A DNA stretch of 64,000 nucleotides from Terracidiphilus sp. GTDB lineage: Bacteria; Acidobacteriota; Terriglobia; Terriglobales; Acidobacteriaceae. This document shows, in pieces, positions 1 to 9,209 of this stretch; the stretch's first letter is position 1; each line of letters opens with the position of its first letter. A program made the translations under genes and the position numbers. The notes under the pieces were generated by a model. It saw nothing but the letters and a program-made list of their open reading frames with translations, was not told the origin of the DNA and did no database searches. Location: contig DATJEO010000212.1 in the NCBI GenBank assembly GCA_035496515.1, positions 1,701 to 65,700 of the forward strand, written 5' to 3'.

Positions 1-476
1 CGACCCCAGGTCCGCGACGCTTCCTTGCTGGGCCAAAGGGCGAAACCCTCGTGATGCTTCGAAGTAAGCACTACGTATTTTGCTCCAGAGTCTGCAAAGG
101 TCGTGGCCCACTGTTCTGGATCGAAGAGCTGCGCGCGGAACTGTGGCGCGAAGTTTTCATACTTGTAATCGGCGCCGTAAACCTTCTCATGATAGGCCCA
201 GGTACCCGATTCAACGGGATTGGCCTTCGGATTGTCGCGGCCTTCCGTCATCTGATGCCAGTACCACTCGGCGTAAGCGAGCTTGCCGGGTATCACAGGA
301 GCATAGCCCGGTACGGAGTAAACGCCCCAATGGATGAAGATGCCAAATTTCGCATCTTGGAACCACGCCGGCATCGGGCGCTTGTCGAGCGAATCCCAAT
401 CGGCCTTGTAGTTCTGCGAGACAAGCGGAACGGCGCACATGAGCAGCAGCAACAGGAACAGCAGATGACGTTTCAT
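1..476 (-). CDS. Alpha-L-fucosidase (GH29), 5' part, runs off window edge
   Basis: Manual translation from ATG at 476: signal peptide MKRHLLFLLLLLMCAVPLVSQ, then WDSLDKRPMPAWFQDAKFGIFIHWGVYSVP...AEWYW...GAKYVVLTSKHHEGFALWPS, the GH29 N-terminal motifs. Absent from the ORF track. Confidence 0.92.
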   Translation of the reverse strand, partial: MKRHLLFLLLLLMCAVPLVSQNYKADWDSLDKRPMPAWFQDAKFGIFIHWGVYSVPGYAPVIPGKLAYAEWYWHQMTEGRDNPKANPVESGTWAYHEKVYGADYKYENFAPQFRAQLFDPEQWATTFADSGAKYVVLTSKHHEGFALWPSKEASRTWG

Positions 477-538
477 AAACTCTCTCCGATGGGCGAGCAT
501 TCAGCGCGTGTCGGCGCGGCTGTCGGACCGTCTAGGAA

Positions 539-997
539 TCAGGACAGTATGCAGGAGTCTGCGCTTTCGGCGTTGATAGACTCATCCGGCATAACGCCAA
601 TCTCCATCATATTTGTCCCGCAGCTTTGAATTCGGATTTGTTTTAAGTCGGTCCGATTCAGAAACCTTGGCTTGGTTTGAAACTCTCCCACTGGCGGAAT
701 ATCGAGTTTCTCCATCTCCTTCTTCATCATCGATGTCGCAAAGGACGACATGCCGGGGAGTGCACCCAGCAGTGTAGGCATATGCATCGCTGGATTGCCG
801 ACCGTGGCAACCTTCAGACTGTTCATTCGCTTCTGGATGATCGCATCGAGCCCGAAGAACGTGAAGAAGAGAGAGGCTTCTATGCCTTCCATGCTGGCGC
901 CATTGGCCATGATGAGTCCGGGATAAACGCCTTCGAGCGATCCGCGAGAAACGATGATGCTGACCTTTTCAATGGGTTGTGCTGATCCGTTGTCCAT
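539..997 (-). pseudogene. DsrE/DsrF-like (DrsE_2-type) sulfur-relay protein, apparently 3'-truncated
   Basis: EKVSIIVSRGSLEGVYPGLIMANGA...LFFTFFGLDAI...MMKKEMEKLDIPPVGEF is family-typical. After ~680 the sequence looks unrelated and lacks the usual C-terminal Cys motif (ACxxxxDM). ATG 997 preceded by AAGGA. Confidence 0.7.
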
Positions 998-1014
998 GCT
1001 TTTCCGTCCTTGGT

Positions 1015-1281
1015 TCAAATGCAGCCTTTGGGTTTGGGCAATCCAGCAATGCGCGCCGCTTTCTTGGCTGGTCCTTTCGGAAAAAGCTGGTAGAGCGTCT
1101 TCGTGTCTACGCCGCTCTCTTTCGTCAGTCGACGGATTGAAAGCGCATCCCCCTCTTTCTCGAACACCGCACGCATGAAGTTAATGACGGTCCAGTGTTG
1201 GGGGTTGAGTTCGGGGATCCTTTCGATTGCTGCGATTTCGCGCGCAATGACTTCGTTCCACTCATTGCGGTTGAATGAAAG
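1015..1281 (-). pseudogene. tusE: TusE/DsrC-family sulfur-relay protein, 5'-truncated
   Basis: Manual translation: EWNEVIAREIAAIERIPELNPQHWTVINFMRAVFEKEGDALSIRRLTKESGVDTKTLYQLFPKGPAKKAARIAGLPKPKGCI*, with the hallmark C-terminus. In-frame TGA at 1282-1284 directly upstream; N-terminal part and start missing. Confidence 0.85.
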
Positions 1282-1670
1282 TCAAGTTCCAGCCCGGTCG
1301 TTACAAAAATCGACGATCAACCTCCAACTACTAGAAGGTCTTTCCGAACCCGAAGGTCAGGGAGTTCTCCGACATGAAAATCCAATTGAACCGTAGTTTA
1401 AGAGTGACTTGCCGAATCCTGAGAATAGGAGCCGGTGAGGAATTCGATGTCCGATTGCATGGCGCAGATGAAGTCTTCGAACTTTGTACACAAAGCGCAA
1501 GGTGTTCTTCGCGTCGTGCTTATTTCGAAAGGCAACGGCTGAGAGCCGACCACGTAGAGGGCGTATGAAGCGACTGGATACGCACCAACAGCAGCTTCAG
1601 GGTAGCGACCGCTGCGCCGAATGAGATGAGCGCCTGCGTGAACAAGTTGCAGCCGGCTAACCAGCTGCGC

Positions 1671-2828
1671 TCACGAGTTCAATTCGCTCAGCTTTTTACC
1701 AACGGCGCCGGGGCCGAAATTGATGTGAGCGTCTTTCATCGAAAGGCCGACGACTTCTATCCGCTTCAGGTCCCTTGTTCCGATCCCTGCTTCCTCCGCT
1801 AGACGCAGCGAGTTGTCGCCGCGGATAAACGGAGAACTGCCGCGCTCCGCATAGGGATCGTAGCCCATCACCGCCATGCCCACGGCGTCCACGCAGACCG
1901 CGTTGCGCCCGGCAATGATGACACCGGGCGCCATCCTCTCAAGTCCCCTAAGCCAAGGTCCTTCCCCGCCTCGCACAGTTTCAACACCATCCACGATCGC
2001 GAGATCAATTGGACGGATACCGTTCTGATCAACAAGGATGCGCGGAACCCGATAACCCGGGTCTCGCGGCGAATCAGGATGCAACTCGGAATCTACTCCC
2101 GCGGGCGCAGGTGTAGTTCCGTCGTGCAGCACTGCCCCACGCTCTTGCGTTGGCCGCTCGTTCCCGTTAGTTCCGCAGTCGCTGCCATATAGGGAGCAGG
2201 GCGTGTTGCCGAAGTTGTTCTTCATCGTCATCGTCACGCCCGCAATCCAATGGTTCTTCAGCTTGGCCATGGAGACATACACGTCGCATTGGTAGAAAGC
2301 CGGATTCAGATGGTATGCGGGATAAGCGTATCCCCCCCACGGCACCTTCATTCGAACATATTGCTTGTAGTTGCCCAGGTTCTGCACGTTTTCCCAGACT
2401 ACCGGCACGCCCATGTTGTTGATCGCGTTCACGTCTAGCCCGTAGCGCGACCACAATGATAGATCCTGGTCCGCCGGGAAGAAGCTCTCGATCATGCGGA
2501 CGCGCCGTGCACCCGCCCTGGCAAACAAGTGCACCGTCGCAGCTATAGACTGCGGATCGGTACGATACGGGAGATCACGAGTTAGCGGGAATTTTTTGGG
2601 ATTACCCGTCAGATTCAGCTTGAGGGCAACAGTCTTTCCCCGCACCAGCTTCTCGATCCCGCCGATCTGATCGAACGCAAGCGAGAGTTGCCGACCGTAC
2701 TGCGCGTAATCGCGGCACCGGACGATCGCAACGCGGCTCGCCGGAGCATCGGCCTTCATCAGCTTTGGCATGCAAACTGCCCCAAGTGCCGCAGCACCGG
2801 CGGTGGCTAGCATCTCTCGTCTGTTCAT
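1671..2828 (-). CDS. Tat-exported DUF362-domain protein
   Basis: NRREML twin-arginine signal; motifs GKTVALKLNL, SMAKLKNHWIAGVTMTMKNNFG, DLAIVDGV, VCVDAVG. Confidence 0.8.
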   Translation of the reverse strand: MNRREMLATAGAAALGAVCMPKLMKADAPASRVAIVRCRDYAQYGRQLSLAFDQIGGIEKLVRGKTVALKLNLTGNPKKFPLTRDLPYRTDPQSIAATVHLFARAGARRVRMIESFFPADQDLSLWSRYGLDVNAINNMGVPVVWENVQNLGNYKQYVRMKVPWGGYAYPAYHLNPAFYQCDVYVSMAKLKNHWIAGVTMTMKNNFGNTPCSLYGSDCGTNGNERPTQERGAVLHDGTTPAPAGVDSELHPDSPRDPGYRVPRILVDQNGIRPIDLAIVDGVETVRGGEGPWLRGLERMAPGVIIAGRNAVCVDAVGMAVMGYDPYAERGSSPFIRGDNSLRLAEEAGIGTRDLKRIEVVGLSMKDAHINFGPGAVGKKLSELNS

Positions 2829-2999
2829 GTCTAGCGCCTCCTCAACGCTATGCTACTCGGATATGATCGACTGCGCTTGCTTAATCGATTCCCCCGAGAA
2901 ATGGCCTGGCGCCAAATCCGGCCTCGATAGGTCAATTGCGATCTTTCTTTGACGCCAGAATTCCCGAAGACTGATGGGCAACCACTTACCAGCCCGATT

Positions 3000-4334
3000 T
3001 CACTGCTTGATAACTGTCCCATCGGGGAGCCGGATTTCGCCCCACCCGCCATTCAGCGGACTCGCCGAAAAGGGGGCCTTCGCGGCTTCCCGCTCATCGA
3101 TCTCGATGCCCCAACCGGGCTTCTCGCTGACCCAGAGATAGCCGTCGCGCAATTGAGGGCAGCCCTGGAAGATCGCCTGCGTTCTCTCGTTGAACGGCGA
3201 GTATTCCTGGATTCCGAAGTTGTAGCTGACGAGATCGAGCGTGACATTTGCCATGTGGCCTACCGGTGACACATCGCCGGGACCATGCCATGCGGTTCTG
3301 ACTCCGAATTGCTCGGCGAGGATCGCGATCTTGCGTGCGGGGCTGAATCCGCCCACTTGCGAAAGATGTACGCGGATGTAATCAATGAGCCGGCCGGTGA
3401 TCAGCGGTTGCCATTCGTGCGGGTTGTTGAAGAGTTCACCCATGGCGATCGGCGTTGCGCAGTTCTGGCGGATCTGTCCGAAGTATTCGAGGTCTTCCGG
3501 AGAAAGCGGGTCTTCCAGGAAGAACATGCGGAAGGGCTCCGCGTCTTTGCAGAACTGCACAGCCTGATTCGGAGTAAGCCTCTCGTGCATGTCGTGCAGA
3601 AGTTCAACTTGGTCTCCAAGTTCGCGACGGCAGATTTCGAGGAGCTTGAGCGCGCGACGCGACTGGGCCGCGGGATCAAAGAGCGGCTTATCGTGAAGGG
3701 CCTTAGGGCGACCACTGTCCTTGTGCTGCGAACCGTAACCAGCCATGCCAGGCAATCCAACCTGAACGCGCACATGACGAAACCCCTGCGTCATGTACCT
3801 TTTCGCATTCTCGATCACCTCTTCAAACTCAGCCCCGCTGGCGTGCGCGTAGCAGTCCGCCGCCTCGCGGCATTTTCCGCCTGCCAGCTGATATACGGGC
3901 ATACCGGCTTGCCGCCCTTTTATATCCCAGAGCGCCTGATCGATGCCGCTGACGGCGTTGTTAAGCACCGGGCCGTTCTTCCAATAGGAGCTGTCGTAGC
4001 AGGTCTGCCAGATGTCTTCAATTCGATCCGTAGTCTTGCCGAGAAGAAGCGGCTTTAAATAGCGCTCTACCGCAGGCTTGACTAAATCTGCACGTTGCGT
4101 AAAAGTCGCGCATCCATAGCCATAAAGACCATCCTGGTCCGTGGTGATCTTTACAACAGTGAGGCGCACGCCCTGGGGTTCACACTCAATGACGCTGATG
4201 TCCTTGATCCGAGGAATCGGCATTGCACGTGTGGAGCGTGCTACCTGTTCATCGGCCGCAGCCATGGGTGATGCCAGAGCGACCGCACTGGCGCCTGCCA
4301 ACATCTCAATGAAGTTACGGCGTTGGAAACGCAT
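3000..4334 (-). CDS. Enolase-superfamily sugar-acid dehydratase (RspA/ManD-like) with Tat signal
   Basis: QRRNFIE signal; GLYGYGCATF, AVSGIDQALWDIKG, LLHDMHERL, FFLEDP, AMGELF, TAWHGPGDVSPVG, FGIQE. Confidence 0.9.
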   Translation of the reverse strand: MRFQRRNFIEMLAGASAVALASPMAAADEQVARSTRAMPIPRIKDISVIECEPQGVRLTVVKITTDQDGLYGYGCATFTQRADLVKPAVERYLKPLLLGKTTDRIEDIWQTCYDSSYWKNGPVLNNAVSGIDQALWDIKGRQAGMPVYQLAGGKCREAADCYAHASGAEFEEVIENAKRYMTQGFRHVRVQVGLPGMAGYGSQHKDSGRPKALHDKPLFDPAAQSRRALKLLEICRRELGDQVELLHDMHERLTPNQAVQFCKDAEPFRMFFLEDPLSPEDLEYFGQIRQNCATPIAMGELFNNPHEWQPLITGRLIDYIRVHLSQVGGFSPARKIAILAEQFGVRTAWHGPGDVSPVGHMANVTLDLVSYNFGIQEYSPFNERTQAIFQGCPQLRDGYLWVSEKPGWGIEIDEREAAKAPFSASPLNGGWGEIRLPDGTVIKQ

Positions 4335-4511
4335 AATAGAACCTCTCGATGGATTGCATCTCGATCAAACATCCGGTGGAGAACGCAATTTTACGATCCC
4401 GAAGTGAGCCGTAAGTATTCCACGGATCGTAACAAGTGCCCTCAGCATGGCGCGATGGTGCGATCGCGGGCGCCAATGTCACAATGGACGGGTAGTCTGC
4501 TGGAGAAGGAA

Positions 4512-5462
4512 TTGACAATCCATTCAGGCCCGGGCCGCCACCAGCTGCCCGCAAAAATGACCTCGCGTTCGGTGGCCGGCGTTTCGGCCTTCGGAATCCC
4601 CGCTATGCTTCTGGTGATGATAGCCGCCCTGCTCACCGTAGCCGCCAATGGCCAAGCCGCAGCCTCGCCTGAGAATCAAGCACCGCGGCCGTGGAACCAG
4701 AACCCGAACGGCATGCGTGTCTACATCTGGGCGGGTTTGAAGTCGCACTTCGCGGGCCAGCACGACTATCCCCAGTTCCTGGCAGACTGGAGCAAGATCC
4801 TCACCGAGCGCGGCGTCGTTGTGGATGGCGGCCTCCACCCCCCGTCAGTAAGTAACCTCGCTCAGACAGACGTCGTCATCCTATACAAAGGCGATGCCGG
4901 CTATCTCAGCGACACTGAGAGATCGGCGATCCAGGAGTATGTCAGGCGCGGTGGCGGGTTGGTCAGTCTGCATGACTCGCTCTGCGGCCCCGATCCCTCG
5001 TATTTCGCCAGCCTCGTTGGCGGCGCAAAAAAACACGGAGAGGTCAACTACACCTTCGGCGCGCCCATCGCGTACACCGTCGTAGATCCTGCCGATCCCA
5101 TCATGAAAGGCATGTCCAACTTCACGCTCCTCGATGAAGCGTTCTACAACATGACCTGGTCTCAGAACCCGGCGATTCATGTGCTCGCCACGACCGCAAT
5201 CCCCGCCACTCCAAGCGCAGGCGCGCACAAGGGTGAAGTGGTCCCGCAGATTTGGACCTACGAGCACACCGTGCCGGGCGGGAAGCCTGCGCGTGCGTTC
5301 GTGTGGATGCAAGGACACGAGTACGCCAATTTCTCCAACTATCAAGTTGAGCAGATGCTGCTTCGCGGAATCGCGTGGGCCGCTCACAAGCCGGTCGATA
5401 CACTGGTGGACTATGTGCCTCCGGCGCCACAGCATGCGGCGCCCACTCCTGCACCCAAATAA
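4512..5462 (+). CDS. Secreted ThuA-like (class I glutamine amidotransferase-like fold) protein
   Basis: Hydrophobic signal; GxKSHxxGxHDY, GGGLVSLH, FTLLDEAFY, WMQGH, LLRGIAWAA. Start uncertain (TTG 4512 after GGAGAAGG, or ATG 4557). Confidence 0.8.
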   Translation: MTIHSGPGRHQLPAKMTSRSVAGVSAFGIPAMLLVMIAALLTVAANGQAAASPENQAPRPWNQNPNGMRVYIWAGLKSHFAGQHDYPQFLADWSKILTERGVVVDGGLHPPSVSNLAQTDVVILYKGDAGYLSDTERSAIQEYVRRGGGLVSLHDSLCGPDPSYFASLVGGAKKHGEVNYTFGAPIAYTVVDPADPIMKGMSNFTLLDEAFYNMTWSQNPAIHVLATTAIPATPSAGAHKGEVVPQIWTYEHTVPGGKPARAFVWMQGHEYANFSNYQVEQMLLRGIAWAAHKPVDTLVDYVPPAPQHAAPTPAPK

Positions 5463-5523
5463 CGACCGTTCCCGCCAGCCTCAATGGATAATGCCGAGGC
5501 CGTTTCACTCCCCGAGCAGCCTG

Positions 5524-6279
5524 CTATCGCGTGGTCCATCCGCCGTCGATCAGAATATCCGTGCCAGTGATGAACCCAGCGGATTCGGAGCACAGATAGC
5601 AAGCAAGCGCACCGATCTCTTCCACCCTGCCCCATCTTCCCACTGGTATATTCGCCAGGAACTGAGCGCGTATCTCGGGATTATTCATGAGCTGCAGATT
5701 CATGTCGGTGCCAATCGGCCCCGGACTGATTCCGTTCACGGTGATTCCATCAGCCGCCAGTTCCAGCGACAGGGCACGTGTCAGTCCCAATAATGCCGCC
5801 TTCGCTGAACTGTATGCCGCTCGTCCAGGCAACGACACATGACTCATAATTGAAGTCATATTGAGGATGCGGCCGTACCCGGTCCCCTGCATGCCGGGCG
5901 CAAACGCGCGGCACATCAGAAAAGTCGAGATCAGGCTTGCGTCCAGCACGCTGCGAAACTCGTCGAGCGTGAAGTCCGCGAGGTTCTTTCTCACATTGAT
6001 GCCCGCGTTGTTGATGAGGATTTGCGGGCTGCCGAACCGGCCCTTGATTTCCTCGGCGAGCCTGGCTACCTGATCCTCCTGCGTCACGTCCGCGACGAAC
6101 ACTTCGGCTGTTTGCTGACTCGCAGCAATATCGCTCCGCACACTCTCCATGCGATCGCGGTCACGCGCGACCAGCGCGATCTGCGCACCAGCTCCCGACA
6201 ATGCTTTCGCCATAGCCTCGCCCAGTCCGCGACTGGCGCCAGTGATCACTGCTGTGCGGCCACTCAGGCTGATTTCCAT
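5524..6279 (-). CDS. SDR oxidoreductase (gluconate 5-dehydrogenase-like)
   Basis: TGASRGLG, NNAG, YSSAK, VNGISPG, IPVGRWG. Confidence 0.9.
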   Translation of the reverse strand: MEISLSGRTAVITGASRGLGEAMAKALSGAGAQIALVARDRDRMESVRSDIAASQQTAEVFVADVTQEDQVARLAEEIKGRFGSPQILINNAGINVRKNLADFTLDEFRSVLDASLISTFLMCRAFAPGMQGTGYGRILNMTSIMSHVSLPGRAAYSSAKAALLGLTRALSLELAADGITVNGISPGPIGTDMNLQLMNNPEIRAQFLANIPVGRWGRVEEIGALACYLCSESAGFITGTDILIDGGWTTR

Positions 6280-6297
6280 GCTTCCCCCTCGTTGTTG

Positions 6298-7599
6298 TTA
6301 CTGCCGCCATTTCAATGAGGCACTGGTCGCGCCTGTAGCCGTGACCGCATGCACCCTGCGTTCGCGGTTCCTTTGCGCATCGTCCGGATCGAGATAGAGC
6401 CAGCACGCTGCGGAGATCGCCGCCGCACCCACCATCGTATGGATCAGGAAATTCCACCCGCCGGGCCCTGCACCTACTCGCTGCAGGATCACACCTCCAA
6501 CCACCGGCGCAACAAACCCAGCCAGGTTCCCGAGCATATTCATCGTAGCCGCTACGGTCGCTGTGTAAGCTCCGCCAATCTCCACGCAGAGATCCCACGA
6601 GATAGGCATCGTCAGGTCGCTAGCGAAACTCGCCAGCCCCATCACCACCATCGCCGGCCCCGCCCACGGAATCCGTACGAATGCGAAGAGCAGTACGGCG
6701 GTAAGCAAAAAGCCGCAGAAGGCGATTGCCCGCCTTGGAAGCACCCTCGACACTATCCCCGATATCAACGATCCAAACCCGCCAAACAGCAACGGCAGCA
6801 CGGCAAGAAATGCGGCGTGCTCTGCTGATTGCCCACGACCCTCGCGCAGATAGGTCGGCAGCCACGTGACATAGAAGTACCAGACGTAGGAGAAGCAGAA
6901 GTATTGCAGCCCGAGCGCCGCCACTTGGGGAGTCAACAATAACTTCACCCAGCTCTGATCGGACCCGCGCCTCGCAAGGACAGATGAGGATCTCAGCAAC
7001 TCTCGCTCCCCGGCATTCACGCTCCTGTGTTGGCCTGGATCGTCTTTGAACCAGGCCAGGAATACGGCACACCAGACGAGTCCTAGCGAAGCGAAGCACA
7101 CAAAAGCCCATCGCCAGCCCAGCCATCGGATGCACAGGAGGGTCAGTGGCGGCGTAATCGCGCCTCCCCATCGTGTGCATGCCCACATCACCGCCTGCGC
7201 CGTAACGCGCTCGCGAGGCGGCAACCACGCGCTCAACATGCGCGTGAGATTTGGGAAGCATCCCGCTTCTCCCGCACCAAACAGAAAGCGGATTGCAATG
7301 AGCGAGGTTGCGTTCCAGGCAGCCCCCGTAATCGCCGTGAACGCCGACCACGCCAGCACAATCTGTGCCAGCGCGCGGCGCACACCCAGACGGTCGCCCG
7401 CCAATCCCATGGGAACCTCGAACAGCGCATAGGCGACCCCGAACGCACCAAACACCAGACCCATCTGCTGTTTCGACAGATGCAGATCGTGAGCGATGGG
7501 CACCGCTGCTCCTGAAATCGCAACTCGCTGCACATAAGAAAGGACGGCCAGGCCAATGGCCAGCGTCACCACGCGATACCGCGTTCGGCTCGGCTTCAT
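6298..7599 (-). CDS. MFS transporter (anion:cation symporter, sugar-acid type)
   Basis: About 12 hydrophobic segments; GDRLGVRR, IRFLFGAGEAGCFP, LGWRWAF, MNMLGNLAG; 4-bp overlap with the upstream gene. Confidence 0.9.
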   Translation of the reverse strand: MKPSRTRYRVVTLAIGLAVLSYVQRVAISGAAVPIAHDLHLSKQQMGLVFGAFGVAYALFEVPMGLAGDRLGVRRALAQIVLAWSAFTAITGAAWNATSLIAIRFLFGAGEAGCFPNLTRMLSAWLPPRERVTAQAVMWACTRWGGAITPPLTLLCIRWLGWRWAFVCFASLGLVWCAVFLAWFKDDPGQHRSVNAGERELLRSSSVLARRGSDQSWVKLLLTPQVAALGLQYFCFSYVWYFYVTWLPTYLREGRGQSAEHAAFLAVLPLLFGGFGSLISGIVSRVLPRRAIAFCGFLLTAVLLFAFVRIPWAGPAMVVMGLASFASDLTMPISWDLCVEIGGAYTATVAATMNMLGNLAGFVAPVVGGVILQRVGAGPGGWNFLIHTMVGAAAISAACWLYLDPDDAQRNRERRVHAVTATGATSASLKWRQ

Positions 7600-9209
7600 G
7601 GGCGCAGGCTCCAGGCATAGAGGCTGTCCCCCGCCCCGAATACGATGTACTGACGGCCGTCGAGTTGATACGAGATGATTCCGCCCGACTCATTGGCATC
7701 GAGTTCGTGATGCCAAAGTATCTCCCCGCTTTTGGCCGAGAAGACGATCAGGTTTCTCTGGTCATCCCCAGAGATCAGAAGATCGCTCGCGGTCGTCAGA
7801 ATGCTTGGTCCCACCGTTGTGGGCGCATTACTCAAATTTGGGTACGCGTGCTGCCAGGCTATATCTCCCGTGAGTGAATCGATCGCCTTCAGCACGCGAA
7901 CCGCACGTCCGATGCCGTCACCCATGCCTCCGTACCCGGCGGGCTTTTTGCTGGCATCGGTCAGATAGTAGATCGCCTTGCCCTCAACGGAGTTCACGTA
8001 CATCAAACCCGTCCGCGGACTGTACGCAGGAGCAGGCCAGTTGGACGCATTCACGATGTTGATCGAGCCGCCCACGGACGGATCCTTCTCCGGAATCGGA
8101 ATGGGCTCCCCCTCCGGTGACAGTACTGAGGCGTAATCGAGTGGAACGTAGGGCCGCACCGTCAGGTACTTGCCGGTCAAGCGGTCCAGTGTCAGGAAGA
8201 ATCCGTTCCTTGCGGCCTGCGCCACCAGCTTCTTCGGCTTCCCATCCACAGCGCGATCGAAAAGGACAGGGGCCGTGGTGTTATCGAAGTCGTGGGTGTC
8301 GTGTGGCGACACCTGAAAGTACCACTTGAGCTTCCCGGTGTCGGCATCAAGTGCCACGATGGATTCGGTCCAGAGATTGGCTCCCGGTCTTCCCTGCCCG
8401 GCAAACACCGGGTTCGTGTTCCCAGTGGGCCAATAGAGCAGGTTGAGTTCCGCATCGTACGTTCCAGGCATCCACGTCATGCCGCCGCCGTGATCGGATG
8501 CCGCCTCGTTCGGCCACGTCTTCAGTGCTGGATCGCCCCTCCTCGGTGTAGACCACCAGGTCCACTGCAGGTCTCCCGTCACGGGGTCGAAGGAGTCGAG
8601 AAATCCAGGCATATCCATCGCATCGCCGCCAACGCCAACGATCACATGGTTCTTCACGATCAGTGGAGCAGAGGTGGAGAAGTACTGCTTTCGCGCATCA
8701 GCGTAATTCTTCCTCCAGAGTTCCTTGCCCGAGTTCGCATCGAGAGCGACAAGCCAGTTGTCAGGCGTCTCGAAGAACACGGTGCTCTTCCATATCCCCA
8801 CGCCGCGCTGCCCCACCAGGTGTCCGCCGTGATCCGTCCAGCCATAGTGCCAGAGAGCCGCTCCGGTACGCGCATCCAGCGCCCACACGTGATCGGGAAT
8901 CGTAATGTAAAGCACTCCATCCGCAAACACTGGCGTGCATTTGATGATCGGAGTCGGCGCCCCGCGCTGCGCCCCCACGTCTCGAATCCGGTATACCCAA
9001 CTGGGCTCAAGCTTGTTCAGGTTTGAATCATCAATTTGCGTGAGCGGACTGTAACGTTGTCCCGTGTAGTCGCCATTGAACGTAGGCCAGCTTTCGACCG
9101 GAGAACTGGCTATTGCGCCCGGATCCACTGAAACGCGCGTTCTCTGGGCAGCCGCTACCGTCATCACCGTGAGAGCAGTAGCCATACAGAATCCAGCGGC
9201 TCGTCTCAC
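7596..9209 (-). CDS. PQQ-type beta-propeller dehydrogenase, 'acido-empty-quinoprotein' type
   Basis: Signal peptide; WPTFNGDYTGQRYSPLTQI, repeated ALDAxTGxxxW, GGGMTWMPGTYD, PHDTHDFD; no vicinal Cys-Cys; coupled to the upstream cytochrome c. Confidence 0.82.
   Translation of the reverse strand: MRRAAGFCMATALTVMTVAAAQRTRVSVDPGAIASSPVESWPTFNGDYTGQRYSPLTQIDDSNLNKLEPSWVYRIRDVGAQRGAPTPIIKCTPVFADGVLYITIPDHVWALDARTGAALWHYGWTDHGGHLVGQRGVGIWKSTVFFETPDNWLVALDANSGKELWRKNYADARKQYFSTSAPLIVKNHVIVGVGGDAMDMPGFLDSFDPVTGDLQWTWWSTPRRGDPALKTWPNEAASDHGGGMTWMPGTYDAELNLLYWPTGNTNPVFAGQGRPGANLWTESIVALDADTGKLKWYFQVSPHDTHDFDNTTAPVLFDRAVDGKPKKLVAQAARNGFFLTLDRLTGKYLTVRPYVPLDYASVLSPEGEPIPIPEKDPSVGGSINIVNASNWPAPAYSPRTGLMYVNSVEGKAIYYLTDASKKPAGYGGMGDGIGRAVRVLKAIDSLTGDIAWQHAYPNLSNAPTTVGPSILTTASDLLISGDDQRNLIVFSAKSGEILWHHELDANESGGIISYQLDGRQYIVFGAGDSLYAWSLRP

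Noticed and set aside
51-629. 192-aa plus-strand ORF with a poly-Q stretch
   Set aside because: Antisense shadow of the GH29 gene; the poly-Q mirrors the Leu-rich signal peptide.
1015-1281. Evidence of dissimilatory sulfur metabolism (DsrC)
   Set aside because: Lacks the second conserved Cys, is truncated, and no dsrAB is present.
1374-1568. ORF containing GEEFD, similar to the small-protein motif
   Set aside because: Only 4 residues match; the spaced S, H and CEL pattern is not reproduced.
1331-1670. Minus-strand stretch ending ...SENSLTFGFGKTF*, like an outer-membrane beta-barrel C-terminus
   Set aside because: Too short and no convincing start; possibly a decayed fragment but not supportable.
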